64,000 nucleotides of DNA from Bdellovibrionales bacterium (GCA_965219095.1 CBDCMT010000001.1:768001-832000), one strand, 5' to 3'. Shown: positions 43,856 through 54,747, numbered from the stretch's first letter. The notes: generated by a model not told the origin, from the sequence alone. Program-made: numbers and translations.

Positions 43856-44329
43856 TTATTTAAGATGCTTACTAAGAAGCTTTGTCATCTCAAACATACT
43901 TACAGTGGATTTTCCAAAAATAGGTCTTAATTTAGAATCAGCATTGATGTTTCTTCTGTTTTTAGAGTCCTGTAGGTTGTGTTTTTTAATGTAAGCCCAG
44001 AGTTTTTTCACAACTTGGGTGCGAGGAAGAGGTGCGTTGCCAATGATTTGCGAAAGATAGGAGCTAGGAGTTAAAGGTTTCATAAAAGCTGGATTAGGCT
44101 TTCTTTTTGCACCTTTTCTTTTCGTTTTCTTCTTTGTTGCTTTTCTTTTGGCTGGGCCTTTTCTGGATGCTTTCTTAGCGGTTTTTCTTTTAGTTTTTCT
44201 TGTTGTTTTTCTCTTTCTTGCTGTTTTCTTAGAGGCTCTCTTTTTAGTTTTTCCTGTTGCTTTTCTCTTGGTTGTACGTCTTTTTGCCGCCTTTTTAGCG
44301 GTCTTTCCTTTTCTTTTTTTTATTGCCAT
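43856..44329 (-). CDS. Histone H1-like Lys/Arg-rich protein with C-terminal SWIB/MDM2 domain
   Basis: About 75 K/R/A/T-rich residues, then PRTQVVKKLWAYIKKHNLQD...INADSKLRPIFG...MFEMTKLLSKHL. Confidence 0.9.
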   Translation of the reverse strand: MAIKKRKGKTAKKAAKRRTTKRKATGKTKKRASKKTARKRKTTRKTKRKTAKKASRKGPAKRKATKKKTKRKGAKRKPNPAFMKPLTPSSYLSQIIGNAPLPRTQVVKKLWAYIKKHNLQDSKNRRNINADSKLRPIFGKSTVSMFEMTKLLSKHLK

Positions 44330-44418
44330 TTTTTATCTCCTTTACTTTGTTATTATTACCTACACAATCAATTGTAGAGGGAAAAAGATGGGTTTTGCAA
44401 ACTTTTTTTTGATCTTTT

Positions 44419-44718
44419 TTAAGTTTTTTTTGATTTTCTACAAGAGGGCGATTTGAATTTTTCTTTTGAACTCCACTCTTTTAGAGTGAAAGCTCTCACT
44501 GAAAGAGCATGAATTCCCTCCTGAAACTCTTCTTTTAGACAAGAATAAACCATTTGATGTCTTTGTTTAAGAGGAATGTCTTCAAAAATCTTGCTGATAA
44601 CAGTGACAAAAAAATGGGAATGATCTTTGTGGGTCTGATGCTTGTGACTTTCATTTTTCACCTCAACTTGTGCTTTAGGAAAACTCTTAGCTAATTTCTT
44701 ATAAATTCTATCTTCCAT
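44419..44718 (-). CDS. bolA: BolA family protein
   Basis: NESHKH, SHFFVTVIS, RHQMVY and GIHALS motifs. Confidence 0.9.
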   Translation of the reverse strand: MEDRIYKKLAKSFPKAQVEVKNESHKHQTHKDHSHFFVTVISKIFEDIPLKQRHQMVYSCLKEEFQEGIHALSVRAFTLKEWSSKEKFKSPSCRKSKKT

Positions 44719-44742
44719 AAGTTCCTGTTATTACTTGTGTTT

Positions 44743-45483
44743 TTAATTTTCTGATATAAACCTTTGAAATCCTAAACTTACAAGAAGTACAACTAAAAAG
44801 GCTTTTCTAGTCTTTTTTTCAATAACAATATTTCTTTTCACAAGGATTAGACTAACAAAAAAACTGGTAAAAAACAAAATTAACATATTTTCATAGAGAA
44901 CTGTTGAGGCCTTTGTGTACAGATGTCCTAAGCTTGATAGAAAGCTTCCTGCAGTGACAAACAACAAACTAAGAGGTGTAACTTTCCAATTTTCTACAAA
45001 GTAAATCAATGCAAAGGAGGCAAAAATTCCTGCACCTAAGCCTGTAAGTCCTAAAATCACACCGAAAACACAAAAAAGGGGAGGTAGTACAAGAGTTTTT
45101 CTTCTTTCATCTAACTTACACCCTTTAAAGGGACTCAAGGCTCCTAGGACAAATGCCATGAAAAAAAAAGTTAAAGAAAGTAAGGTGTTTAAAGTCTTGT
45201 CAGGTACAGAAAAAAGAAGTTTGGAGCCTAGAAGACTTCCTAAAAGAAAAAAACATAGGCAGGAAATAAGATTTTTATTGAGCTTGATCTTTGTTTTTTG
45301 GTAGTAGATAAGAAAGACAGAGGAGCTTAAAATGGTTTGGAGTACTAAAGAGTTAGTGATAGCGTCTTTTGTGTTGTAATTGAGGAATGTGATAAGCCCA
45401 GGAATAAGAAGAAAACCCCCTCCTAAACCGAATAAACTGCTAACAAGGCCTACAGCAAAGCCTAATAAGACGAGTGTGAGCAC
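44743..45483 (-). CDS. TSUP/TauE-SafE family membrane transporter
   Basis: SLFGLGGGFLLIP and second repeat GLTGLGAG; highly hydrophobic. Confidence 0.82.
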   Translation of the reverse strand: MLTLVLLGFAVGLVSSLFGLGGGFLLIPGLITFLNYNTKDAITNSLVLQTILSSSVFLIYYQKTKIKLNKNLISCLCFFLLGSLLGSKLLFSVPDKTLNTLLSLTFFFMAFVLGALSPFKGCKLDERRKTLVLPPLFCVFGVILGLTGLGAGIFASFALIYFVENWKVTPLSLLFVTAGSFLSSLGHLYTKASTVLYENMLILFFTSFFVSLILVKRNIVIEKKTRKAFLVVLLVSLGFQRFISEN

Positions 45484-45485
45484 AA

Positions 45486-46385
45486 TTATTTCATTTCTTC
45501 ATAGATGATGTAGGGAGCTCCTATTTTACGGTGTCGTGCTTCGTAGCTATCTATGAAAAAAGGTCCTTTTTTTGTCTCTAGCTTCTTTTGAAAGGTCATT
45601 AATTCTTCTAGTTGCCTAGCATCTAAATTGAAAGAGTGAATTTTATTTCGATCATAATACAATCTTGTTAACTCTTTGCTAAAGAATTTAGCCCATTTAT
45701 CTGTTTTAACTTTAAGGCGGTAGGTGAGAGTATTAGGGTAAGTATGGATAGGAGTATAGGCTGTGACAATTTCAAAGGAGCCGTAATAACTGTGAAGGGC
45801 CACAGCAGGGCTGTCCCACTGTGTGATGCCGTAACAGTATTCAATGTTAGCATAAGCTAAACCAAAAGCTTTTGATAAAAAACCCAAGCCGTAGATTCTT
45901 TGCTCCTTTGGTAAAGTAGGATTAAGAGAAGAAAGATTGTGTGCTACCCATTCTCCCTCTTTGGCACAAGGTATGGTGGTAAATAAGGAAATAGGAATCC
46001 AGTCTCCTTTAAGTTCATTAAGATTTTGTTTTAAAACTCTTTTCATATTCTCTGTTAAATGATCTTTATGGCATACAAAGCCACAAGAAAGCCCCGGCAT
46101 AACCCCACAATCATAAAAAACCCATCGAGGCATAGTCATAACACTGAGGTGAAAAGCAGAAGCCTCCATAGACAGTATAGTGTTGACAAAAGATACATTC
46201 TCTATAAGGAGAGGATCTACGAATAAAGTTTTTTGAGAAAGCCCTTCAAATTTAAAAAAATGCCATGGCTTTTGAGGGCGGTTTGATTTTCTCATAAGAA
46301 CATAGGGGCGAAAAGAATCATTACTCAACCACTCAAGCCCCTTATAGTGCTTATAAAAAGAGTTATTGAAATTCTTTTCTGACAT
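45486..46385 (-). CDS. Hypothetical protein
   Basis: 299-aa ORF tightly packed in the fumC operon; no family recognised. Confidence 0.7.
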   Translation of the reverse strand: MSEKNFNNSFYKHYKGLEWLSNDSFRPYVLMRKSNRPQKPWHFFKFEGLSQKTLFVDPLLIENVSFVNTILSMEASAFHLSVMTMPRWVFYDCGVMPGLSCGFVCHKDHLTENMKRVLKQNLNELKGDWIPISLFTTIPCAKEGEWVAHNLSSLNPTLPKEQRIYGLGFLSKAFGLAYANIEYCYGITQWDSPAVALHSYYGSFEIVTAYTPIHTYPNTLTYRLKVKTDKWAKFFSKELTRLYYDRNKIHSFNLDARQLEELMTFQKKLETKKGPFFIDSYEARHRKIGAPYIIYEEMK

Positions 46386-46925
46386 TTATATTTCCTTGAG
46401 ACGTTGACAGATTTCTTCAAAACTGTTGTAGATTTCGTAAAGACTTTTTAAGTCTACATTAATAATTTTTTTTTCCTTCACTTCGTCTAGATATTTCATT
46501 AAAGGACTCCAGAAGTTCTGGAAGTCATAAAAAATAACAGGTTTATTGAGGACTTTGATTTGGTTGTAACAAAGGGCTTCTAAAGCCTCATCCATAGTGC
46601 CTAGGCCTCCAGGAAAGATCAAAAAAGCATCTGAATGTTGGAACATTTTCTTTTTCCGGTCATACATGTTTTTTTCATAATGAATATTGGTTAATTCTTT
46701 ATGAGCAAAGTTTTGTTTTTGAAACACAAGAGGAACAACGCCTGTAACTTGACCTCCATGGGCTAAAGCTGAATTAGCTAAGGCTCCCATACATCCCATT
46801 TTCGCTCCACCATACACAAGGTGAAAATTGTTTTCTGCTAAGAAGCGACCTATTTTCTTAACCTCTTCAATATAAATGGGGTCAATGTTTTGGCTTGAAC
46901 TGCAGTAAACACAAATTGATTTCAT
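46386..46925 (-). CDS. LOG family nucleotide phosphoribohydrolase (TIGR00730)
   Basis: ICVYCSS, LVYGG, GCMG, RK and PGGLGTMDE motifs. Confidence 0.92.
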   Translation of the reverse strand: MKSICVYCSSSQNIDPIYIEEVKKIGRFLAENNFHLVYGGAKMGCMGALANSALAHGGQVTGVVPLVFQKQNFAHKELTNIHYEKNMYDRKKKMFQHSDAFLIFPGGLGTMDEALEALCYNQIKVLNKPVIFYDFQNFWSPLMKYLDEVKEKKIINVDLKSLYEIYNSFEEICQRLKEI

Positions 46926-48316
46926 TTTAAACTTCCGATCATGTTTTGAGGTTTAACCCATTTATCAAACTGTTCTGATGTCAAAAAACCTAGATTGAGG
47001 GCTTCTTGTTTTAAAGTGGTCCCTTTTTCAAAAGCTGTTTTAGCTATCTTAGCTGCTTTGTCGTAGCCAATATGGGGGTTTAAAGCTGTCACAAGCATTA
47101 AGGAGTTTTTTAAATGCCTATTGATGATATCTTTGTTAGCTTTCATTCCAGCAACACATTTGACTTGAAAGTTATAGCAGGCATCTGATAGAAGTTCTAT
47201 GGATTTTAACACATTCCATACAATAACAGGTTTAAAGACATTGAGTTCAAAGTTTCCTGACAATCCGGAAAGGCTTATTGTTACATCTTGACCTATGATT
47301 TGGGCTGAAACCATACAAAGAGCTTCACATTGAGTAGGGTTGACTTTTCCCGGCATAATTGAGCTTCCTGGTTCATTGGCAGGTAGTAAAAGCTCTCCTA
47401 ACCCACAGCGAGGACCACTTGCAAGCCATCTTATGTCGTTAGCAATTTTCATAAGAGCACAAGCCAGTGTTTTAAGGCTTCCACTCAACTGCACAAGGGG
47501 TTCGTGAGAGGAAAGAGCTTCAAATTTATTAGGAGCTGTTTGAAAAGGTAAATTGGTCATACGAGCAATCTCAGAGGCCACTTTTTCAGGAAAATCTTTA
47601 TGGGTGTTCAGTCCTGTACCTACAGCTGTTCCCCCTAAAGCTAAATAAAAAATTTCTTTAAGAGTGATTTTAAGTCTTTTTTGAGAGTTTTCAAGCTGGC
47701 TGATATAGGCTGAGAACTCTTGGGATAAGGTGAGGGGGGTTGCGTCCATGAGGTGGGTTCTCCCGATTTTAACAATCCCTTCGAACTCTTTTTGTTTTTT
47801 TTCAAACTCATTCTTTAAACCATCAAGGCTTTTAAGAAGACGAGAAGACATTTGTTCTGAAACGGCAATGTGCATGGCCGTAGGAAAAGTATCGTTAGAG
47901 GACTGCCCTTTGTTTACATCATCGTTGGGGTGGATACTTTTATCTCCCAGCCTTCCTCCTTTAAGTTGGATTGCTCGGTTGGCAATGACTTCATTAACGT
48001 TCATATGAGTTTGTGTTCCGCTTCCTGTCTGCCAAATGACTAGAGGAAAGTGTTCATCTAACCTTCCTTCAATCACTTCTTCACAAGCTTTTATGATAAA
48101 AGTTGCTTTTTGAGAATCTAGAAGCTTAAGATTTTGGTTCGTTATGGCACTGGCTTTTTTTAAAATCCCAAAAGCCTTGATGAACTCTCTTGGAAATCGT
48201 TCTTTTCCAATCTTAAAATTTTCCAAAGATCTTTGTGTTTGAGCCCCCCATAACTTATCATAAGGGACTGAAACCTCTCCTAAGCTGTCTTTTTCTATGC
48301 GGTATCTGCTATCCAT
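46922..48316 (-). CDS. fumC: Class II fumarate hydratase
   Basis: [25 protein letters not shown] and [15 protein letters not shown] motifs. Confidence 0.97.
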   Translation of the reverse strand: MDSRYRIEKDSLGEVSVPYDKLWGAQTQRSLENFKIGKERFPREFIKAFGILKKASAITNQNLKLLDSQKATFIIKACEEVIEGRLDEHFPLVIWQTGSGTQTHMNVNEVIANRAIQLKGGRLGDKSIHPNDDVNKGQSSNDTFPTAMHIAVSEQMSSRLLKSLDGLKNEFEKKQKEFEGIVKIGRTHLMDATPLTLSQEFSAYISQLENSQKRLKITLKEIFYLALGGTAVGTGLNTHKDFPEKVASEIARMTNLPFQTAPNKFEALSSHEPLVQLSGSLKTLACALMKIANDIRWLASGPRCGLGELLLPANEPGSSIMPGKVNPTQCEALCMVSAQIIGQDVTISLSGLSGNFELNVFKPVIVWNVLKSIELLSDACYNFQVKCVAGMKANKDIINRHLKNSLMLVTALNPHIGYDKAAKIAKTAFEKGTTLKQEALNLGFLTSEQFDKWVKPQNMIGSLK

Positions 48317-48368
48317 ACCACCTTATCATAGACATAAAAAAAGAACTTGTCTATAATTGTTTCTTGAG

Positions 48369-48833
48369 ATGAAATACTGGTTGATGAAGTCCGAGCCTGA
48401 CACTTATTCACTAGAGGATTTGAAAAAAGATAAAAAAGCTCTATGGGATGGAGTTCGTAACTATCAAGCTCGTAATTTTATGATGAAGGATATGAAAAAA
48501 AAAGACCTTATCTTATTCTACCACTCTAATCTAAAGCCACCTAAAATCCCTGGTATAGTGGGTTTAGCTCAGGTGAGCCGTGAAAAACAAATTGACCCTA
48601 CAGCTTTTGATAAAAAATCACCTTATTACGATCCTTTAAGTCATCCTGATGAACCTCGTTGGTGGTGTGTAGAAATATCTTATATAAAAAGTTTTAAAAC
48701 TGAAGTAAGTTTAAAAGAGATTAAAGCACATAAAGAGTTAAGAAAAATGTTGGTGGCACAAAAAGGACAAAGACTTTCTGTTGAACCTGTTAAAGAAAAG
48801 CATTTTCATCTGATTGTAAAATTAGGAGGGTAA
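48369..48833 (+). CDS. EVE domain protein
   Basis: MKYWLMKSEP, WDGVRNYQARN, FYHS, YYDP and RLSV motifs. Confidence 0.93.
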   Translation: MKYWLMKSEPDTYSLEDLKKDKKALWDGVRNYQARNFMMKDMKKKDLILFYHSNLKPPKIPGIVGLAQVSREKQIDPTAFDKKSPYYDPLSHPDEPRWWCVEISYIKSFKTEVSLKEIKAHKELRKMLVAQKGQRLSVEPVKEKHFHLIVKLGG

Positions 48834-48867
48834 AGAGCCTGTAAACTAAATTGTAACTGATTTTTTC

Positions 48868-48896
48868 AGAGTGAATAAAATGTTTTTATTCACTCT
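48868..48896. terminator. Hairpin between convergent genes, possible bidirectional terminator
   Basis: AGAGTGAATAAAA-TGT-TTTTATTCACTCT, a 13-bp perfect stem (AT-rich). Confidence 0.5.
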
Positions 48897-49015
48897 TTGA
48901 CTTTACGCTTTTAATGCGAAGACATTTTCTTATTATCATCTCATAAGGAATTCACAATCAAAAATTTCGTAAGTTCATTGTTAACCTAAACCTCAATTTT
49001 TATATTAAGAAAAGA

Positions 49016-50077
49016 TCATCTTAATCGAATCTCAAGACAAAGAGTTCCAATTTTTTCTATACTTCTATCAACTTTTTGTTCTTGATAAGGGGTGGAGTTT
49101 TGAGTTGAAAAAAGACAGTGTCCTTGGAAAGCTGGATAAGCTTGAGCAGAATAAGGGGGAAGATATTCCAAAGGTTTTTCACGAATACGTGCACGAGAAA
49201 CCCCTTCAAAGATATAAGCTGAGTGGGGAAAAACTTGGGGAAAAAATCGTGCTCTTTGAAACGCCTTAAAACTCATAGCAAAAGAAGCACAAATAGGGTT
49301 GTTTTTTCCTGTTTTCGGTAGAATTTCATCGAGAAAGGAAATTCCTGTCTTCTGGGAAGAGGATCTTAACAGTTGTTTAAAAAAATGATCCTTTCCGCAT
49401 AACCTGTACAGATAATAAAAGTATTGATAAAGTTGCCCATACTGAGATAAAGACTGACTTCTGTTATCTTCATTCCACTGATTTACAGGAAGAATTTCCT
49501 TTAAAGAGACTTCAGGATAGTCAAAAGCATGAAAAAAAGCTGTACTGAAAAATCCGGTAACTAAGTGTTCTGCAAGAAGAGCTACTCCTTCTTCCACCCA
49601 TAATTCTTCTTGAGAACGGGTGTAATCCTGAATCAAGTGGATTAATTCATGGGTTATCATCACTTGACGAGAAACTGAATCCGCTCCTAAAAATTCTTCT
49701 TTGTCCAAAAAAATCACCGGGTTACCTGAAGTATCTTTTATATGAGGCGAGTAAAAGCCTCCCGCATGGTTTGTTTCAATTTCAATAAGATAAAGACTCC
49801 ACCTCTTTTCTGAAATAAGAGGCTTTATATGAAGATTGTTCAAAACAGCTAAGAGATCTTCTGATAGAAGAAGCTTGATTTTTTTGATTTGAAAAGAAGG
49901 TAGGTTTTTAGAGGGATAGTAAATAAAGACTTCTTTGAAAGGAGTAGTGAGTTTTATAAAGTCACTATTGTTATGCTTAATGTCACTATGAGAAAACTTA
50001 ATGCAACACATAAAAATAGCAAGAAAAAGGGATAACCTATTAAAAAAACTTATATTTTTATTCTTTATTCTATTCAT
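49016..50077 (-). CDS. Secreted putative zinc metallopeptidase (gluzincin-like)
   Basis: N-terminal hydrophobic segment; GGFY, THELIH and WVEEG motifs. Confidence 0.65.
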   Translation of the reverse strand: MNRIKNKNISFFNRLSLFLAIFMCCIKFSHSDIKHNNSDFIKLTTPFKEVFIYYPSKNLPSFQIKKIKLLLSEDLLAVLNNLHIKPLISEKRWSLYLIEIETNHAGGFYSPHIKDTSGNPVIFLDKEEFLGADSVSRQVMITHELIHLIQDYTRSQEELWVEEGVALLAEHLVTGFFSTAFFHAFDYPEVSLKEILPVNQWNEDNRSQSLSQYGQLYQYFYYLYRLCGKDHFFKQLLRSSSQKTGISFLDEILPKTGKNNPICASFAMSFKAFQRARFFPQVFPHSAYIFEGVSRARIREKPLEYLPPYSAQAYPAFQGHCLFSTQNSTPYQEQKVDRSIEKIGTLCLEIRLR

Positions 50078-50179
50078 AATCTCCTTTATAGCTTTAATTT
50101 CGTAACAAAAGTTACTGTTTTTTTTACAAAAAGTCAAGTTTTTATTGAAAAAATAGAAAGGTCATTTAAAGTGCTTAAT

Positions 50180-51088
50180 ATGGAGCACTTAGAATCATCT
50201 AAAAAAACAAAAGTTCAAGCCCTACCTAATGTCTTTTACTATAAAAATTATCGAGTTTATTTAAAGGACTGGGTTTTAGCTAAAAAAAAGTTTAATAAAA
50301 GTTATTCAGCAGCGATTTTTGCGAAAAAAGCAGGTTTAAATTCTCATAACCTTTTAGGCATGGTGATTCGAGACGAGCGGAATTTGAGTTGGAAGAGCAT
50401 CAATGGTTTTTGTAAATCCCTTAACCTAAAAGTTAGGGAAAAACTCTATTTTGAAAAGCTGGTTCTTTTCTGTCAAGCTAAAAACTCAGAAGATAAAGCT
50501 GATTTTTTCGAACAACTCCTCCAACTTTCAAAAGGGCATGAAAACAAACTTTTAGATAAAATAAAGGATTACAAGTCCTATTATAGGCATTGGTATATTG
50601 TGGCTATAAGAGAAATGGTCAATCTTGAAGATTTTCAAGAAGACCCAGGCTGGATAACCGAAAAACTTAAACACAAGATCACAAAAAAGCAGGCCACAGA
50701 GGCTTGGAAAACCTTAAAACGTATTGGAATGGTCCGTTTTAACAAAGAAAGAAGGGTTTATGAAGTAGTCAATGCTGTTATTGATTATCAAAATGAGGGA
50801 GTGGATTTTGTTCTCCGTAACTTTCACAAAGAGTATTTGCACTTAACTTTAGATACTGTTGACGGAGACATTGAAGAGAGGGAGCTTTCAAGTCTCACCA
50901 TCGCTGTCACAGACGAAGACTTAAAAGAAATAAAAAAGAAAATCGATGAATACAGAAAGTATTTGAACTTAATTTATACAAAAACTAAAGAAGAAGGATC
51001 AAAACAAAAACCTCAAAATTTAATCGTTGTGAACATTCATCTTTTAGATCTGACTTCAAGAAAATCGAAAGGAGAAAAAAACAAATGA
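50180..51088 (+). CDS. TIGR02147 / DUF4423 family protein (N-terminal HTH, putative regulator)
   Basis: YRVYLKD...YSAAIFAKKAGL, WYIVAIREM, NFHK and ERELSSLT motifs. Confidence 0.88.
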   Translation: MEHLESSKKTKVQALPNVFYYKNYRVYLKDWVLAKKKFNKSYSAAIFAKKAGLNSHNLLGMVIRDERNLSWKSINGFCKSLNLKVREKLYFEKLVLFCQAKNSEDKADFFEQLLQLSKGHENKLLDKIKDYKSYYRHWYIVAIREMVNLEDFQEDPGWITEKLKHKITKKQATEAWKTLKRIGMVRFNKERRVYEVVNAVIDYQNEGVDFVLRNFHKEYLHLTLDTVDGDIEERELSSLTIAVTDEDLKEIKKKIDEYRKYLNLIYTKTKEEGSKQKPQNLIVVNIHLLDLTSRKSKGEKNK

Positions 51089-52395
51089 AATATTTTATTT
51101 TATTAACCATTATTTTGTGTTTGAACACATTCGTTCTATTAGCAAATGAAGATCCTTACCGTGAGGGAGTAGAGGCTGTTGTTTTGAACCAAGTGGATAT
51201 AAATGAACTAAAAGCTTATGCTGAAAACACCAAATCTATTTTAGAAAGGGCTCTTTATGAAGCAAAAGAGAAGCCTTCTAATGAAGCTCTCCTAATTTAT
51301 GAGAAAGCAATTCATGAGGCTGTTTTTCAGTCTTTTGTAAAAAAGAAGCACTTTGAACTTCTTATGCGCTTTATCCTTAACCAAGCTCGTGATTTGGTCT
51401 CAGGAACTCCAGGAAAATCAGGAGAAGAATCAAGTTCGAGAAAAGAAGGTGTTTTAAAAAGGACTTCTAAAAAGGATTTATCTCTTGTTATTTATGAAGA
51501 ATCCTTTCGACTAGCTCTTAACTTTTATTCTGATGATAAGGAAACTCTTTCTAGCATGGAAGAAACTCTTTTTTCAAACTCAGACTCAGACTCAGTTATA
51601 ACTCTTATTCCCTACAATAAGATGGCCTTTGAAAGGTTGCGTATTTCTCAACAGTGGGTTGGTGGTGTTTTTGAAGAAGACCTTAAATTTGAATTTTTAA
51701 TGAGAATTTTAGAACACTGGCTTTTAACTGTGTCTCAAAAAACAAATTTGCAAAAAACAAAGATGGGTGCTTTGATTCTTTATGTTCAAGATGTTCTGGG
51801 GCGTGTGAAACTTCAATCTTCAACAGGTGCTAAAGTTCGGTTACTAAAAGGTGCAGTAAGGTGGGTTTTAAAACAATCCTTTTTTCAGGATTTTGTTACA
51901 CCTAACAACAACTATTATTATACAAAACCACAGCTTGGTTGTTGGAAAGAGTGGTTTATAGAAGGAGTGATTGATTATTCTAATGGAAGATTAAGATTGC
52001 AATGCTATAAAAAAAGTTACCTGAAAACACAGAATTCTTATTTTACAGAACCAAAATTTGGTTGTTGGAAGAGATTTGTAAAAGGGACGACTAGTACTTA
52101 TGGTTTGCAATGCTATAAAAAAAGTTACCTGAAAACACAGGATTCTTATTTTACAGACCCAAAATTTGGTTGTTGGAAGAGATTTGTAAAAGGGACGACT
52201 TTTCCAGATATTTCCTCAAAAGGTAAAAATATCTTGCAATGCTATAAAAAAAGTTACCTGAAAACACAGGATTATTATTTTACAGAACCAAAATTTGGTT
52301 GTTGGAAGGGATTTGTAGGAAGTATGGCTTTTGAATATCTTATAGGTTTTGAACAATTTTTATGCGAGAAAAAAGATAGAAGGAGAAAAAAATGA
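51085..52395 (+). CDS. Secreted protein A: helical core plus 4 Cys-loop repeat units
   Basis: Signal peptide; translationally coupled to the TIGR02147 gene; C-terminal FGCW..(variable)..LQCYKKSYLKTQ repeats. Confidence 0.85.
   Translation: MKYFILLTIILCLNTFVLLANEDPYREGVEAVVLNQVDINELKAYAENTKSILERALYEAKEKPSNEALLIYEKAIHEAVFQSFVKKKHFELLMRFILNQARDLVSGTPGKSGEESSSRKEGVLKRTSKKDLSLVIYEESFRLALNFYSDDKETLSSMEETLFSNSDSDSVITLIPYNKMAFERLRISQQWVGGVFEEDLKFEFLMRILEHWLLTVSQKTNLQKTKMGALILYVQDVLGRVKLQSSTGAKVRLLKGAVRWVLKQSFFQDFVTPNNNYYYTKPQLGCWKEWFIEGVIDYSNGRLRLQCYKKSYLKTQNSYFTEPKFGCWKRFVKGTTSTYGLQCYKKSYLKTQDSYFTDPKFGCWKRFVKGTTFPDISSKGKNILQCYKKSYLKTQDYYFTEPKFGCWKGFVGSMAFEYLIGFEQFLCEKKDRRRKK
51910..52365 (+). repeat. 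In-frame tandem array, about 108-129 bp per unit, 4 units
   Basis: ~84-bp constant block TTGCAATGCTATAAAAAAAGTTACCTGAAAACACAG...TTTGGTTGTTGGAAGRGATTTGTA separated by variable segments. Confidence 0.92.
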
Positions 52396-52454
52396 CATAG
52401 AGATAATAGGGAAAGAAAAAAATATAAACAAACAGAACAAAGAAGGAGAAAAAA

Positions 52455-53348
52455 ATGAAAACAAAACTATTTTTAACCATTTTAACAGGAGGACTGTTCA
52501 TCTTCACAGGACAGAGTTCATTTACAGCTATAGTAGAAACAAACAACGTTCAAGAGTTAGAACAGTTAGAAAGGAGAGTGGTAAACTCCAGTATTCCTAA
52601 CGGTTACTTCACAATGAAAATGGGAAGTGGGAGTGACAAAAAAACAGTAGAGATTCACATAAAGACTATCTATCAAAACAATAAGGAGTCTTTTACTTTT
52701 GCTTTATTGTTTTACCCCTTTGAAGACGGGGTAAAAAAGGCCAAGCTGTTTACAGTCAGTGCTTTAAGTGATGGAAATAGCCATTGGTTTTCTCTCTATC
52801 AAACAGAGAGCTACTACATGTCAGACGGTACAGAAATTTCCTATAGAGGACAATTTATAGGAGATAGAGGAAAGAGAACTTTGATTCTAATAGAAAGTAA
52901 TGAAACATGTGAGACTTTCAATTCTTCCCAAATGGAGTTTAAAGAAAGCTCAAAAAGAAAAAAATGGAATCCTATTCCTCTTCATTTCACAGATAAAAGC
53001 TCTCAAATGGCTTTAAATGGCTCTGTTTTTAATGGTGAAATTTTTGGAAAGGCAGGTACCTGGTCAGTTGAGAGAATCGGATCTTCTTATGTGGGAATTC
53101 TACGCAGACAAAGAGATTCTCAATACACAGCTTCAGGCTATGATTCAGAAAGAAGAATTCATGCTCTTATGGTTTCTATCAACAAAGATCTTTTCTTCCT
53201 CAATGAATCTCCTCGAAATTCTTTATCCTGCTTAGTAGAAGTGTCTTCCACTCAAAAAAAGAAAAGAAAAGAAAAGAAAAGAAAAGAAAAAGAAAAGAAA
53301 AGAAAAGAAAAAGAAAAAAGTAACTCGACCCTCATACGGTGGTCCTAG
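52455..53348 (+). CDS. Hypothetical secreted protein with microsatellite-encoded K/R/E tail
   Basis: AGGAG RBS, signal peptide, 297 aa. Confidence 0.75.
   Translation: MKTKLFLTILTGGLFIFTGQSSFTAIVETNNVQELEQLERRVVNSSIPNGYFTMKMGSGSDKKTVEIHIKTIYQNNKESFTFALLFYPFEDGVKKAKLFTVSALSDGNSHWFSLYQTESYYMSDGTEISYRGQFIGDRGKRTLILIESNETCETFNSSQMEFKESSKRKKWNPIPLHFTDKSSQMALNGSVFNGEIFGKAGTWSVERIGSSYVGILRRQRDSQYTASGYDSERRIHALMVSINKDLFFLNESPRNSLSCLVEVSSTQKKKRKEKKRKEKEKKRKEKEKSNSTLIRWS
53254..53320 (+). repeat. Imperfect (AAAAG)n purine tract
   Basis: About 67 nt containing only A and G, mostly AAAAG units. Confidence 0.85.
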
Positions 53349-53436
53349 ATTTTAAGGGGAAAAATATGAAAAAAATAAACAAAATAAATAAAGGAGGGAA
53401 AAAATGAAAACAATCATTACAAACAAGGGAGAAAAA

Positions 53437-54747
53437 ATGAAAACAATCATTCAAAACGCTTTTATTATTGTGACAGTCTTTTTTACAATGACGTCTACGG
53501 CGAATTCTTTAATAGGAACAGGAGCTGGTAATGGCGGGAATGGTCCAAGGCAAAGTGACAATACAACTACAGTAGCTCAACTACAACCTGAAGAGACTCA
53601 AAACAACCAACAAGATAACAAGGCAGTAGATTATGAGGTTTACAGTGATTTAGGTCCTCTCTACTACTGGGGAAACAATTCTATACACGAGCTTCGATCT
53701 GCTTTACACTCAGCTCGCCTTCAAATCATAAAAGGCTTCTACAATAAGGCTGGACAAGTCCTTATTGACGCTTTGTCAAACACATCAAAGTCTTTTCCCA
53801 AAAAAACCGTTGATCACGGAAGTCCTTTAACTAAAAAACTTATTGATCGAGGAATTCTTTATGCTCGCAATATTAAAACAGCTTTTCAAGAGGGAGGTTT
53901 TACAAAAACAGAAATTCACACAGAAACTTATTTTCTTGAGGGCTATGTTCAAATGATCATCAACGCTTGGGAAGAGATCGATCAAGACTACTACATTCCT
54001 TACTACCACAGCTACGAGAGACGATGTTCTCCCCACTATTACTGTGAAGACTTTAGTTATATCGATTTTCACAGAAAGTACATTGAATATGTAATCAAAG
54101 AAATAGAATTCGTTCTCAACAACTTCACCGAAGAATCCCATATAGTTTATAGAGGTCCAATGATTCTTCCTATAGGGGATGTTCGTGCTGTTCTTTTAAT
54201 CTCTGAAATTATGTCCATAAAAGTGTCTAAAGATATTTTGGAAACTCTTTGGCCCTATAAATATGGTTATATTGCTTTTAGATTGCAGGAGCTTCACAAA
54301 AACTTGAAAGATTTTAATAGAAAAAATAATCGTTTAGTTTACCCTGATGCTGTAGCAGCTTTAAACAGCTCTCGAGGAATCCATTCTACTTTTCTATTTG
54401 CTGTAGAAGAATTAGAAAAAGAAGGAGGCCATTACAGTAGAAAAGTTCATAATCCGGTTCTAGCAAGAAATATTTTTCTTTCTTCTAACAATCCAGAATA
54501 CACCATTCATCTTAATTACTCCATACGAATCAATTGTCTTGTTGTGACAGGAGAAGCTTATCGTAGTGACGGACGTGTAAAAGTTCTGGTTAATGGACAG
54601 ATCAAAGGAGATCTTTATCTTCCAAGACGGGATCCCCAGTATGTTGTAAACGTTGATAGTCGAGCTAACTCCATTAGATTTGTTATGGAACAAGGAACCA
54701 ATGTAAGAATTCAATCAGTTAAGATAAGAGAAGACTGCTATCGCTAG
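53437..54747 (+). CDS. Hypothetical secreted protein with C-terminal beta-sandwich-like domain (alternative start 53404)
   Basis: Signal peptide followed by GTGAGNGG; C-terminal VLVNGQIKGDLYLPRRDPQYVV resembles Bdellovibrio beta-sandwich proteins (from memory). Confidence 0.75.
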   Translation: MKTIIQNAFIIVTVFFTMTSTANSLIGTGAGNGGNGPRQSDNTTTVAQLQPEETQNNQQDNKAVDYEVYSDLGPLYYWGNNSIHELRSALHSARLQIIKGFYNKAGQVLIDALSNTSKSFPKKTVDHGSPLTKKLIDRGILYARNIKTAFQEGGFTKTEIHTETYFLEGYVQMIINAWEEIDQDYYIPYYHSYERRCSPHYYCEDFSYIDFHRKYIEYVIKEIEFVLNNFTEESHIVYRGPMILPIGDVRAVLLISEIMSIKVSKDILETLWPYKYGYIAFRLQELHKNLKDFNRKNNRLVYPDAVAALNSSRGIHSTFLFAVEELEKEGGHYSRKVHNPVLARNIFLSSNNPEYTIHLNYSIRINCLVVTGEAYRSDGRVKVLVNGQIKGDLYLPRRDPQYVVNVDSRANSIRFVMEQGTNVRIQSVKIREDCYR

